Origin: Acidobacteriota bacterium
Lineage (GTDB): Bacteria; Acidobacteriota; Blastocatellia; Pyrinomonadales; Pyrinomonadaceae
Reading direction: 5' to 3'
Assembly: GCA_020200135.1 (NCBI GenBank)
Contig: JAIVJI010000009.1
Span: forward strand, 1,642 to 65,641
DNA length: 64,000 bases
The notes beneath the pieces are model-generated. The model was not told where the DNA came from. It searched no databases and saw nothing but the letters and a program-made list of their open reading frames with translations. Position numbers and translations under genes: made by a program. Positions 33,875-43,945 of the stretch are shown here, piece after piece (position 1 is the first letter of the stretch; every line of letters starts with the position of its first letter).

Positions 33875-34084
33875 TTTAGACCTTCTCTATCATTACGGAG
33901 GTAAAACAGGGACTAAAAAGGCGATGGGGAGCGCGGGTCGGTCCGACGTGCCGCGGATAAAAGTTCTGCCGATGCCGCACCAGGTGGGCGGGAACAACCG
34001 CCGGCAACTTTAAAGCCGGCAGGGTCTTAAGTCAACCGGAAGACTGTGGCGGAAGCCCGACCGTGAGGGAGGGCGAAAGACAAT

Positions 34085-34162
34085 GGGTGAAGGCGGGGGG
34101 ATGAAGGATGAAGTGAACGCCTTTCAGCCGTCCTTTCATCCTTCGTCCCCCCGCCTTCACCC
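34085..34162. repeat. Period-7 palindromic element, family D (GGATGAA / TTCATCC)
   Basis: GGGTGAAGGCGGGGGGATGAAGGATGAAGTGAACG-loop-CGTCCTTTCATCCTTCGTCCCCCCGCCTTCACCC. Ends 6 nt before the aminotransferase stop. Confidence 0.85.
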
Positions 34163-34167
34163 TCTCA

Positions 34168-35523
34168 TTAGCGGCGGGCGGCGGCAATCGATTCGTCGAA
34201 GATTTCGAGCGCCACGTCCGCGTTCTCGCGCGAGAGGACGAGCGGCGGCGACCAGCGGATGGTGTTGTAGCCGGCGCCGAGGAGGATGAGGCCGCGCCGG
34301 TAGCACTCGACCTCGACGCGGTCGCGCAGCTCGGGCGCCGGCTCGCGCGAACCGCCGCCGGCGACGAACTCGACGCCCAGCATCATCCCGAGGCCCCGCA
34401 CGTCGCCGATGCAGTCGTGCCTGGCGCTGAGGCGGCGCAATCCCTCTTCGAGGTACGCGCCGACCTCCGCCGAGTTGGCGACGAGGCCGCCTTCGAGCAG
34501 CTCGATGGTCTTGAGCGCGGCGGCGATGGCGACCGGGTTGCCGCCGAAGGTCGAGGCGTGCGCGCCCGGCTTCCAGTCCATCAGGTCGGCGCGCGCCACG
34601 CACGCGCCCATCGGGATGCCCGACGCGATGCCCTTCGCCAGCGTGACCACGTCGGGCTTGAGGTCGTAGTGCTCGCACGCGAACATCCGCCCGGTGCGGC
34701 CGAAGCCCGACTGCACCTCGTCGACGACGAGGAGGATGCCTTCGCGGTCGCAAATCCGGCGGAGGCCGTGGAGGAACTCGCGCGGCGCGGGGACGTAGCC
34801 GCCCTCGCCCTGCACCGCCTCGACGACGATGGCCGCGACCTCCTCGGGCGGCGTCGTCGTCACGAACAGACGTTGCTCCATCCAGTCGAGGACGGCGCGG
34901 CTGACGGTCTCGCCGTCGCTCCGCTCGCCGGTGAACGGGTGGCGGAACGTGTTGGGGTAGGGGACGTGCGTCACGTCGAGGACCGAGCGCTTGAAGCCGC
35001 GGCGCTGCGCGACCCGCGAGGAGGTGAGCGAGAGGCTCCCCAAAGTGCGTCCGTGGAAGCTGTTGAAGAAGGCGATGAACTTCTGCCGCCCCGTCGCGTG
35101 CATGGCGAGCTTGAGCGCGGTCTCGACGGCCTCGGTGCCGCTGTTGGCGAAGTGCGTCTTCGTCGGCCCGTCAATGGGCACTATCTCCTCGAGCTTGCGC
35201 GCGAGGTCGGGCATGTGGCGGTAGTAGTAGTCTGTGCCGCACATGTGTATGAGGCGCGCGGCCTGCTCCTGGATCGCCTTGACGACCTCGGGGTGGCAGT
35301 GCCCCGTGGAGCAGACGGCGACGCCGGCGTTGCAGTCGAGGAAGGTGTTGCCGTCCACGTCCTCGACCCAGACGCCGGAGGCGCGCTCGGCGACGAGCTT
35401 GTACTCGGGGCGCGGGTAAGAGGGCGTGACCCAGCGGGCGTCGGCCTCGACTATCTCCCGCCCCTTCGGGCCGGGCAGCTCGGTCTTGATCTCGGGTCTC
35501 TTGGCGGCGGTGATTGCGGACAT
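34168..35523 (-). CDS. Class-III (omega) aminotransferase, GabT/ArgD-like
   Basis: 451 aa from ATG 35523 (M84 of the tracked ORF; CTGGAGGAG Shine-Dalgarno). Contains LLVVDEVQSGFGRTG and the PLP-lysine context DVVTLAKGIASG. Confidence 0.85.
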   Translation of the reverse strand: MSAITAAKRPEIKTELPGPKGREIVEADARWVTPSYPRPEYKLVAERASGVWVEDVDGNTFLDCNAGVAVCSTGHCHPEVVKAIQEQAARLIHMCGTDYYYRHMPDLARKLEEIVPIDGPTKTHFANSGTEAVETALKLAMHATGRQKFIAFFNSFHGRTLGSLSLTSSRVAQRRGFKRSVLDVTHVPYPNTFRHPFTGERSDGETVSRAVLDWMEQRLFVTTTPPEEVAAIVVEAVQGEGGYVPAPREFLHGLRRICDREGILLVVDEVQSGFGRTGRMFACEHYDLKPDVVTLAKGIASGIPMGACVARADLMDWKPGAHASTFGGNPVAIAAALKTIELLEGGLVANSAEVGAYLEEGLRRLSARHDCIGDVRGLGMMLGVEFVAGGGSREPAPELRDRVEVECYRRGLILLGAGYNTIRWSPPLVLSRENADVALEIFDESIAAARR

Positions 35524-35720
35524 GACGAATTCTCCTCCAGTCGGAAAGCGAGGGCGGGTACGAACATTAACGCGAGGTGAAGGGCCGACGAATGTCTCGG
35601 AGGAGGGCGCGGCTAGTCCGCGAAGAGGTTCGCGCGGGAGTCGAGCGGCCGGAAGTGTGGGGCGGTGTAGTCTCGCATCGGCGTTAAAATCATACCCAGA
35701 TTGAACCGCGACGGCAAGAG

Positions 35721-35837
35721 GGTTAGTAGGCGGCAGGCAGATGGCAGCAGGCAGTTGAAGCGCCGCCGTCAAAGACCCTGACTTAATCTCTCGACTTCTG
35801 AAACGCGGGGCGGCTGCTTACTGCCATCTGCCTGCCG
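35721..35837. repeat. Period-7 palindromic element, family B, second copy
   Basis: The left arm GGTTAGTAGGCGGCAGGCAGATGGCAGCAGGCAGTTGAAG matches the arm at 28411-28450 at 32 of 40 positions. Right arm is CTGCTTACTGCCATCTGCCTGCCG. Confidence 0.85.
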
Positions 35838-35838
35838 T

Positions 35839-36150
35839 TCATCCGGCGCGCGTGCCGGTGTAGCGGATGGGGGGCGCGATGGGGAGTTTGACCTTGATGG
35901 TGCCGTTGAGCGAGTCGTTGCTCTCGACCTGTCCAGTGATGCTGGCCCCGTAGGACTTGCCCTGGAACTCCATCTGCACGCGCGCGTCGAAGCCGTCGTG
36001 CGTCACGGTGAGCCCTTCGAGCGGGGCGTCGCCGAGCCGCGAGGTGATGTGCGCGCTGAGCGCGCCGCCCGTGCCCTTGAAGACGAGCGTCGCGGGGTGT
36101 CTGCCGAAGGGCGTCGCCACTTCGAGGTTCCAGGTGCCAACCAGATTCAT
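35839..36150 (-). CDS. Small hypothetical protein (103 aa)
   Basis: Clean ORF with beta-rich composition. No recognisable motif. Confidence 0.4.
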   Translation of the reverse strand: MNLVGTWNLEVATPFGRHPATLVFKGTGGALSAHITSRLGDAPLEGLTVTHDGFDARVQMEFQGKSYGASITGQVESNDSLNGTIKVKLPIAPPIRYTGTRAG

Positions 36151-36224
36151 AACGGATGTTCCCCCCTGTCTGATGAAAGCGCGGCCGCCCCCGAGCGGGG
36201 TTGCGCCGCGGCGTTGTTAAAAGT

Positions 36225-37612
36225 TCAGTCCCCGGCGCCGCGCGCGCCGACGAAGTCCTCGACGCGGTCGGCGTACGGCGCGACCTGCGCTTGTATCTGC
36301 GCGCGGTCGCCGACGACGACGACCGCCGCGCGGTCGGGCGTCACGTAGCGCCGGGCGGCGCGCCGCACGTCCTGCTTCGTCACCCGCTGGATGTGCTCGC
36401 GGTAGGTGCGGAGGTAGTCGTCCGGCAGCCCGTGCATCCTTATCTGGACGAGCTGGTCGATGAGCCCCTCCTGCGTCTCCAGTCGGATGGGGAAGATGCC
36501 GGTCAGGTAATTCTTCGCGTCGGTCAGCTCCTTGTCGGAAACGTCCTCGTCGCGGATGCGCGCCAGCTCGTAGAAAATCTCCTTGAGCGAGGCGCCGGTG
36601 ACCTCGCCGCGCACCTCGGTCGTCGCGCGGAAGGAGCCGGCGTGGCGGCGCGCGTCGAGCTGGGTGTAGGCGCCGTAGGTGTAGCCCTTCTCCTCGCGCA
36701 GGTTCATGAAGAGGCGCGCCGAGGCGTTGCCGCCGAGGATGGTGTGCATGACGAGCAGGTCGAAGTAGTCGGGGTCGGTGCGCGTGACCGAGGTGTTGGC
36801 GACGAGGATGTTGGTCTGCGCCGAGCCGGGGCGGTCGACGATGTAGGCCGTGCGCTCGGTGCGTGCGGGCGGGGCGGGGAAGACTGCCAGACTGCCTCGG
36901 CGACCTCGCCCGGCCGCCACCCGCCGAAAAGCTCCTCGGCGCGCGCGAGCACGTGGTCGCGGCTCACGTCGCCGACGACGAAGAGGACGGCGTTGTTGGG
37001 CACTATCAGCGCGCAGTGGTGGCGGACGAGCGCGTCGCGCGAGAGCGCCTCGATGGACTCGGGCGTCGAGGCGACGACGGCGTAAGGGTGCTGGCCGAAG
37101 ATGACGCGCGAGACGGCCTCGGAGGCGAGGAAGGAGGGCTGCGCGCGCTGCGCGATCAGGTTCTGCTGCGCGTTGGCCTTGGCGAGCGCGAGTTCCGACT
37201 CGGGGAAGACGGGTCTGAGCGTCACGTCGGCGAGGAGTTCGAGCACCCGGTCGGCGTAGCCCGAGAGCGAGGAGGCGGCGACGGTCAGGTAGTCGGACGA
37301 GGCGCCGGCCGAGACGGACGCGCCGTGGCGCGCGACCTCCTCGGCTATCTGGCGCGAGGTGTGCGTCTCGGTGCCCTCGACGAGCATGTCGGTCATCACG
37401 TCCGTCAGGCCGGGCAGGTCGGCCGGGTCCGAGGCGTCGCCGGCGCGGACGGCCAGACGGAAGCTGACGAGCGGGAGCCTCGGGTGCTCGACGACGACCA
37501 CGCGCAGCCCGTTCGCCAGAGACGACTCCTCGGGCAGCGGCAGGTTCAGAGCGCGCTCGCCCAGCGGCGCGGGCGGACGGCGGCGGAACTCTTCTGTGTC
37601 GGTGGCGCTCAT
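36225..37612 (-). pseudogene. M16-family peptidase, non-catalytic subunit type, interrupted by a 1-nt frameshift (~36895)
   Basis: ORFs 36704-37612 and 36225-36920 together form one M16 protein. There is no HxxEH (GLTDVMTDMLVEGT instead). The frames meet at GCCGAGGC|AGTCTGG. Confidence 0.75.
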
Positions 37613-37624
37613 AAGTTTGAAGAG

Positions 37625-37705
37625 CCGTGAACCGTAAACCGTAAACCGTAACGAGATAAAAATCCGTTCTTTCTTGTCACGGTTTACGGTTTACGGTTCA
37701 CGCCC
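37625..37705. repeat. Period-7 palindromic element, family C, second copy (inverted relative to 27063)
   Basis: CCGTGAA CCGTAAA CCGTAAA CCGTAAC GAG...CTTGTCAC GGTTTAC GGTTTAC GGTTCAC GCCC. Confidence 0.85.
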
Positions 37706-37712
37706 TTACCTT

Positions 37713-39157
37713 TCATTCGTTCGCGGGGGAGTCCTGTTGCTGGACGGCCGCGGCCTCGGGGGAGGTGCGCGACGCGTGGCCGGTCGGGGGCGGCGGGTCT
37801 GCGGGCGGGGGCGTGGGCACCTGCGGCGGCGGGGCGCCGGGCTCGGCGGGCTCGCCGGGCGGCTCGGGCTCGGCGGGCGCGGGCTCGCCCTCGGCGTCGG
37901 CCGTGTGCGACGGCACGACCTCGATGACCGAGTGGTTGTCCGTGAGCAGGTAGCGCGCGACCGCCGCGCGAATCTCCTCGGGCGTGATGGCGAGGTAGCG
38001 CGCGAGCTCCGTGTTCAAGAGCGTCGGGTCCCCGTCGTAGAGCGCGTACTCGGCGAGCCGCTGCGCGCGGTAGAGCGACGACTGGCGGCTGCGCACCGCG
38101 TCGTTGAGCAGCGTGTTGTGGAGCTTCTCCATCTCCTCCGCGCTCGGGCCCTCCGTCCCGAGGCGTTCGACCTCCTCGCGGATGGTCGCGCGGATGGCCT
38201 CGGTCGTGTGACCCGGCTTCGGGATGGCGAAGATGTAGAGCGTCGAGGGGCCGCGCCGCTCGCCCAGGCCCCCCTGGATGGCGACGACCGACTCCTCCTC
38301 CTTGACGAGCCGCTGGTAGAGGCGGGAGCTGTCGCCGTCGAGCAGGAGGTCGGTGCCGAGCGAGAGCGCGTAGAAGTCGGGCGTGCGGCGGGGCGGCAGC
38401 TTCCAGCCGAGCACGATGGCCGGGAGCTGCGCGAACGGGTCGCGGTAGACCTCGCCGAGCGAGGCGACCCCCTCGGGCTCGCTCACGTCCACGGGCGGCG
38501 GCGGCTGCTGCGCCGGGATGGTGGCGAAGTACTTCTCGACGAGCGCGCGCGCCTCCGCCGAGTCGAAGTCGCCGACGATGGTGAGCACGGCGTTGTTCGG
38601 CGCGTAGTAGATGCGGAAGCCTCGACCGTCGCGGCGTCGAGGTCTTCCATCGAGCCGATGGTCGAGTGCGCGTTGCGCGGGTTGACGTAGACCAGTTCGT
38701 TGAGGCGCAGGAAGGCGCTCGAATAGGGGCGGTTGTCGTAGGAGAGGCGCTTCTCCTCCTTGACGGCCTCGCGCTGGTTGTCGAGGTTCTCCTGCGTCAC
38801 GCGGAGCGAGCGCATCCGGTCGCTCTCCAGCCAGAGCGCGAGCGGGAGCTGGCTGGAGGGGAGCGTCTCGAAGTAGTTGGTGCGCTCCGTCGAGGTCGTC
38901 CCGTTCATCGTCCCGCCGTTGTTGAAGACGTACTGGAAGTGGCCCGCCTTCGGCACGTTCTCCGAGCCCTGGAACATCATGTGCTCGAAGAGGTGCGCGA
39001 AGCCCGTGCGCCCCTCGCGCTCGTTGCGCGAGCCGACGTCGTAGTAGACGGCGACCGAGACGACCGGCACCGAGTGGTCTTCACTCAGAACCACCCGCAG
39101 CCCGTTCCCCAGCGTGTAGCGCTCGACCGCGATCTGCGGCAGCGTGACTGTTGACAA
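37713..39157 (-). pseudogene. M16-family zinc peptidase (catalytic, HLFEH), interrupted by a 1-nt frameshift (~38620)
   Basis: ORFs 38483-39157 (GFAHLFEHMMFQGS, NGTTSTERTNY) and 37713-38588 (..LTIVGDFD..). The frames meet at GTCGAGGC|TTCCGC, two nt apart. Confidence 0.8.
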
Positions 39158-39246
39158 GTGGACCTCCAGAAGGGGCGCCGGATGTCAGGTGCCGGGCGCT
39201 GGGGAGTTTCTTCAAACGGCACCTGGCATGCAGCGCCCGATATATC

Positions 39247-39678
39247 TTACTCCGGTTTGGCGACCATCCCGCGCAGCTCGGCGCGGAGCCGCTCGATCTC
39301 GGAGAGCTTGAGCGAGACGCGGTCGAAGAGCTCGTGCTGCGCCTTGATGCCCTCGTCGATGAGGAAGGCGGCGGCGTCGGCGCGGGTGCGGAAGACGCCG
39401 GCCTGCACGAGCTGTTCGAGCCGCTCCTGCGCCTCGTGCGAGACCTTGACGGCGACGACGTAGTCGTCCTTCGCCGAGAGCGCGCGCTCGACCGTGCGGC
39501 TGATGTCGCGGCCGATGGAGGCCAGCGACTCGGGGATGCGCGAGGCGATCTCGCGCACAGAGGATTGCGTGGCGTAGCCGCGCTCCCCGTGCGCGTGCTC
39601 GTCGTCGTGGTCGGCGATCATCAGGTCGTCGACGGGGTCGAGGATTTCGGGGTCCTTCGGGTCGTTAGGGCTGCTCAT
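39247..39678 (-). CDS. Hypothetical protein (143 aa), possible ribbon-helix-helix fold
   Basis: Start at ATG 39678 (M39 of the tracked ORF). VAVKVSHEAQERLEQLVQAGVFRTRADAAAFLIDEGI is RHH-like, but this is weak. Confidence 0.35.
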   Translation of the reverse strand: MSSPNDPKDPEILDPVDDLMIADHDDEHAHGERGYATQSSVREIASRIPESLASIGRDISRTVERALSAKDDYVVAVKVSHEAQERLEQLVQAGVFRTRADAAAFLIDEGIKAQHELFDRVSLKLSEIERLRAELRGMVAKPE

Positions 39679-40028
39679 CTGTTTTCGGCCACCTCCTGCC
39701 GTCCTTGTCACGGCCGTCGAGAGTCCCGCGCCGCCGCCAACGCCCCGGCGCGACCGCCGGCGGCGGCGGCGCGTGCGCACGCACGGCCTCAAAGTTTATG
39801 GCGGCGGACTGCTTGCGGAGCATTCTAAGGTCGCCCGAGAGACGAGCGCAAGGCGGCCCGAATCCGCGCCCCTCCCGCGAGGGCCGGCAACCTTGCCGGC
39901 CGTCGGCTCATCAATTACACTACACCGACCTGCCTTCGGACGGGCGGAGTTACGGCTGGCGTCACGCGCCGCGGCTGACCGCCCGGCGCCCCACACTGTT
40001 GTCGGGTTCTAACAGAGGTTTTGTCTCC

Positions 40029-41798
40029 GTGAAAAAGAGAATTTCCACCGCGCTCGCGACGCTCCTCCTTCTCGCGGTCTCGCTCCCGGCCTTCGTCATC
40101 GCGCAGCAGAGCGGCGCGCAGCCCGCGCCCGCGCCCGGCGTGCGCCGCCAGGCGCCGCCCGCGGACGGGCCCGCCGCGGCGCCCGGCACCGCGCGCGCGC
40201 GCCGCCCGCGCCCCACCGACGCCACCGAGGGGCTCGAAACCGACGTGGCCGAGGCGCTCACGGTCATCCAGGACAACCACGTCGACGGCAACAAGGTCAA
40301 GTACGACGAGGTCTTCAAGTCGTCGATCATCGGCATGCTCCGCACGCTCGACCCGCACTCGAACTTTTACGACGCGAAGGAGTTCGAGGAGCAGCGCGCC
40401 GACTGGCGGAGCGAGTACTACGGCATCGGCGCCACCATCGGCGACCGCCGCATCGGCACGAGCACGGACACCTACGTCCTCGCGACCTTCGAGGCGACGC
40501 CCGCCTTCCGCGCGGGGCTGCGCTTCGGCGACCGCATCACCGAGATCGACGGCAAGCCGGTGAAGGGCAAGGCGTCGGGCGAGGTGCGCGACATGCTGAG
40601 GGGGCCGCGCGGCACGACGGTGCGCGTGACGGTCGAGCGCGCCTCGACGGGGCAGCCCGAGACGGTCTCCATCACGCGCGACGCCGTCGCGCAGCCGACC
40701 ATCCCGGACGCCTACTTCATCCGCCCCGGCGTCGGCTACGTCGACATGACGCGCGGCTTCAACTACACGACCGCCGACGAGTTCATCCACGCGCTCAAAT
40801 ACCTGCGCGAGAACGGGATGACCGGGCTCGTCGTGGACCTGCGCAACAACGGCGGCGGCATCCTCGACCAGGCCAAGGTCGTCGCCGAGCAGTTCCTCCA
40901 GAGCGGCCAGACCATCCTGACGCAGAAGGGGCGCGGCGCGCGCGGGATGCAGCGCGAGCTGGTCTCGGGCAACCGCAAGCCCGACCCGACGCCGCTCGTC
41001 GTCCTCGTCAACCGGGGCACGGCCTCGGCCTCCGAGATCGTCGCCGGCGCCTGGCAGGATCACGACCGCGCGCTCATCGTCGGCGAGACCTCGTTCGGCA
41101 AGGGGCTCGTCCAGTCCATCATGCCGCTGGAGTACGGCACGGCGCTGACCCTGACGACCTCGAAGTACTACACGCCCTCGGGGCGGCTCATCCAGCGCGA
41201 CTACTCGAACCAGGGCTTCTACGACTACATCTACGGCCGCGTCAACGGCACGCAGGAAGAGGCGCCCGCCGCCGGGAAGCCGAAGGGCCCCGAGACGCAC
41301 ACCGACACGGGCCGCCCCATCTACGGCGGCGGCGGCATCGCGCCCGACGAGGCGGTCAAGGCGCGCACGCTCACGCCGCAGCAGGTGCGGCTCATCGACC
41401 CCATCTTCGCCTTCGCGCGCGACGCCGTGAACGGCCGCCTCGCGGGCGCCCCCGCCTCCTTCAAGGTCGGCGGCATGCCCGAGTTCGAGCGCAACGTCGA
41501 GCCGGGCGCCTTCGCCGTGGACGACAAGGTCTTCAAGGCGTTCAAGGACTACGTCGCCGCCAACTTCGAGGACCTGAAGCTCACCGAAGCGCAGCTCGAC
41601 CGCGGCCGCGAGTACATCGTCCGCCAGCTCCGCTACGACCTGACGACCGCGGCCTACGGGTCGGTCAAGGCGTCGCAGGTGTTGATGAACGACGACCCGC
41701 AGGTTTTGAAGGCCATCGACTCGCTGCCGCGCGCGCGCGACCTCGCCACCGCCGCCATGCGCGGCCGCAACCCGCAGACCAAGTCGTTCGAGGAATAG
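40029..41798 (+). CDS. S41-family C-terminal processing (tail-specific) peptidase
   Basis: GTG start at 40029 gives a signal peptide. PDZ region, then VVDLRNNGGG, NRGTASASEI (Ser) and SFGKGLVQ (Lys). Confidence 0.85.
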   Translation: MKKRISTALATLLLLAVSLPAFVIAQQSGAQPAPAPGVRRQAPPADGPAAAPGTARARRPRPTDATEGLETDVAEALTVIQDNHVDGNKVKYDEVFKSSIIGMLRTLDPHSNFYDAKEFEEQRADWRSEYYGIGATIGDRRIGTSTDTYVLATFEATPAFRAGLRFGDRITEIDGKPVKGKASGEVRDMLRGPRGTTVRVTVERASTGQPETVSITRDAVAQPTIPDAYFIRPGVGYVDMTRGFNYTTADEFIHALKYLRENGMTGLVVDLRNNGGGILDQAKVVAEQFLQSGQTILTQKGRGARGMQRELVSGNRKPDPTPLVVLVNRGTASASEIVAGAWQDHDRALIVGETSFGKGLVQSIMPLEYGTALTLTTSKYYTPSGRLIQRDYSNQGFYDYIYGRVNGTQEEAPAAGKPKGPETHTDTGRPIYGGGGIAPDEAVKARTLTPQQVRLIDPIFAFARDAVNGRLAGAPASFKVGGMPEFERNVEPGAFAVDDKVFKAFKDYVAANFEDLKLTEAQLDRGREYIVRQLRYDLTTAAYGSVKASQVLMNDDPQVLKAIDSLPRARDLATAAMRGRNPQTKSFEE

Positions 41799-41815
41799 TC
41801 GGGCGGCGGGATAGA

Positions 41816-41860
41816 AACGAAGAGGGGCGCCGAGTCTTGGACTCGGCGCCCCTCTTCGTT
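41816..41860. terminator. Bidirectional terminator hairpin between convergent genes
   Basis: AACGAAGAGGGGCGCCGAGTC-ttg-GACTCGGCGCCCCTCTTCGTT (21-bp stem). A second GC hairpin follows at 41862-41900. Confidence 0.7.
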
Positions 41861-41904
41861 CGGCGCCCGGCGCGGAGGCTTCCGCCCGCGCCGGGCGCCC
41901 GCCG

Positions 41905-42273
41905 CTACCAGCTACAGCCGTAGCTCCCCATCGTCGTCTTGGCGTTATCGAGCGCCTGCTTGCACCCCATCGTGAGGCCGGCCTTGCCCTGCGGCGTCTC
42001 GGCCGCCTTCTTCCAGGCGGTGCGCATCGAGTCGAGGTTGGCCTTGACCATCGAGCGCGCCGACTCGGGCACCTTGCTGTTGACGCACGCCTCGTACTTC
42101 TGGATGAAGTCGTCGCACTCGGCCACGCCGATCTTGTCGCCCGACGCGGTCGTGCCGGCGCCGTTCGTCGTGCCCGTGTTGGCAGCGTTGTCGGTCGCGC
42201 CGCCGCCGCACGCCAGCAGCAGCGCGCCCAGCAGCAGGCAGACGCAGAAGAGGGAAAAGGTCTTGGTCGTCAT
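41905..42273 (-). CDS. Putative lipoprotein (122 aa)
   Basis: Lipobox-like LLLAC|GGG after a hydrophobic signal; Cys-rich C-terminal part. Confidence 0.5.
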   Translation of the reverse strand: MTTKTFSLFCVCLLLGALLLACGGGATDNAANTGTTNGAGTTASGDKIGVAECDDFIQKYEACVNSKVPESARSMVKANLDSMRTAWKKAAETPQGKAGLTMGCKQALDNAKTTMGSYGCSW

Positions 42274-42419
42274 CGGTCAGTTATTCTCCTTCCGAAAATC
42301 GGGCCGCGCTCCGACCCGGCAAGCGACAACTGCGGCGAGGTTTTATTGGAGAAGCTCCCGTTGGTAAAAAGCGAGCTAAGCTAATGCGGGGCGGGCGCCT
42401 GCGTCAAGCGCAGGCGGCG

Positions 42420-42896
42420 TCAGCGCGCCGCCCGCTGCGGCTCGGGCTCGGGGTTGGGTTCGGATTCGCGGCGCGCGTCCCTCTTCAGACGCTCGAAATC
42501 TATCCCGGTCGAGGGGCCGACGTCGGCGTCCATCAGGTCGGCCATCTTGCGCAGCGTGTAGTCGTTCTCGGAAGGGTCGGTCGAGGCGACGCAGTCGGCG
42601 GGGATGACGAGGTTGAAGTCGCGCATGTATGCGTCGTGCGCCGTGAAGAGGACGCAGATGTCGCCGGTCAGACCCGTCAGCACGAGCGTCTTGGCCTGCA
42701 GGTAGTCGAGCAGGATGTCGAGCGTCGTCGAGAAGAAGCCCGAGTGCTTCGGCTTGAGGACGAAGTAGTCGTCGTCGCCGTCCGGGCGCAGAAGTTCGGC
42801 GACGGGGCGGCCGCGCACGTCCTCCTCGAGACAGTGCTCCAGAATCTTTTTGAAGTCGGACTGCCACTTGCCGAAGTTGTCGTTGACGTGGGGCAA
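42420..42896 (-). pseudogene. Isochorismatase-family cysteine hydrolase, 5'-truncated
   Basis: Begins at ..HVNDNFGKWQSDF. It keeps the Lys (LKPKHSGF) and Cys (TGDICV), but the N-terminal segment carrying the catalytic Asp is absent. The ORF abuts the palindrome at 42915-43004. Confidence 0.6.
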
Positions 42897-42914
42897 GGAG
42901 AGGGAAGGAGGGAA

Positions 42915-43004
42915 TTCACATGGGTGGGCAGGATGAACAGGATGAGAGCTTTAGAATTTTAAATCTTCAACTCTCGTCCTGTTCACCCTGCCCACCCATG
43001 TGAA
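42915..43004. repeat. 34-bp near-perfect inverted repeat with AT-rich 22-nt loop (family G)
   Basis: TTCACATGGGTGGGCAGGATGAACAGGATGAGAG-loop-CTCTCGTCCTGTTCACCCTGCCCACCCATGTGAA; 32 of 34 positions are complementary. Confidence 0.9.
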
Positions 43005-43018
43005 TGTTAACCTGCGGT

Positions 43019-43462
43019 TTAGCTCTGGTACGCGGGGACGCGCGCCTCGCGGCGGCGCCAGACGGCGAGCAGCGCGCCGATGCCGAGGAGGCCGACGAGG
43101 TGGTAGCCGTTGTTGATGAGGTAGAGCCCGACCGGGCGCCCCTCAAAGATGACCGTCTCCAGGTTGGTCGTCAGGACGAAGCCGAGCCACAGCCAGAAGC
43201 CGGTGAGCATCCCCGAGCGCGCCGTCTCGGCGCCCGTGAACTTGACGAAGTGCGCGAGCACGTAGGCGAGCACGAGCGAGCTGACCAGCGCCAGGCCGAT
43301 CTCGCCCGCGTGGCTCCGCGCCTGGATGGCCGCGAGCTGCTCGGGCGTCCAGCCCTTGAGCGCGATGAACGGCCGCGAGAACAGCAGCGGCGAGTACCAG
43401 AGCGCGCCGAGCACCCAGTAGGCGACGGCCGACGCGACGACGGCCGGGTAGTTGATCTTCAT
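43019..43462 (-). CDS. DUF1761-like membrane protein
   Basis: 147 aa with 4 TM segments. MKINYPAVVASAVAYWVLGALWYSPLLF has the layout typical of DUF1761. Confidence 0.55.
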   Translation of the reverse strand: MKINYPAVVASAVAYWVLGALWYSPLLFSRPFIALKGWTPEQLAAIQARSHAGEIGLALVSSLVLAYVLAHFVKFTGAETARSGMLTGFWLWLGFVLTTNLETVIFEGRPVGLYLINNGYHLVGLLGIGALLAVWRRREARVPAYQS

Positions 43463-43522
43463 CTTCGACCCTTCTCCTTTCAGGGGAAAAAGTTATCGTG
43501 CACAGGGGGGCGGGGAAGCGCT

Positions 43523-43945
43523 TCAGGACTGCGCGCCCTTGAGCGTGATGAGCGAGATGGTCGCGCCGGTCGGGTCGTTGACGACGCAGAAGCGCCCGAC
43601 GTTGGGGATGTCTGTGGGTGGGACGCAGACCGAGCCGCCCAGCTCTGACACCTTCGCGGCGCGCGCGTCCACGTCGTCGACGGCGACGTAGGACATCCAG
43701 TGCGAGGGCGCGCCGCCGTACTCCGGCCCCATCTTGTAAATGCCGCCGACGTGCTCGCCGCCGGCGACGATCTCGTGGTAGACCATCTGCTGCGCCTCCG
43801 CCCCTTCGCACGACGCCATCGCCTCGGACTTCTTCACCTGCCAGCCGAGCAGCTCGGTGTAGAACTTGACCGCGGCGGCGTCGTCGGTGGTCGAAAGCTC
43901 GTTCCAGCAGAAGGTGCCGTGCGCGGGCATCTTGTGTTCGGACAT
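43523..43945 (-). CDS. VOC (glyoxalase/bleomycin-resistance) family protein
   Basis: 140 aa; HGTFCWNEL...FYTELLGW...HWMSYVAVDDVD...GRFCVVNDPTGA pattern. Confidence 0.7.
   Translation of the reverse strand: MSEHKMPAHGTFCWNELSTTDDAAAVKFYTELLGWQVKKSEAMASCEGAEAQQMVYHEIVAGGEHVGGIYKMGPEYGGAPSHWMSYVAVDDVDARAAKVSELGGSVCVPPTDIPNVGRFCVVNDPTGATISLITLKGAQS

Noticed and set aside
36880-38625. Programmed -1 ribosomal frameshifting in the two M16 genes, because they share the CGAGGC context.
   Set aside because: There is no slippery heptamer and no obvious downstream pseudoknot. A collapsed GGG homopolymer explains both sites more simply.
39217-39232. Plus-strand CGGCAC-N5-ATGCA with correct sigma-54 spacing.
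   Set aside because: It points into the antisense of the credible minus-strand gene 39247-39678. The next plus-strand gene starts about 800 nt away. Most likely a chance match.
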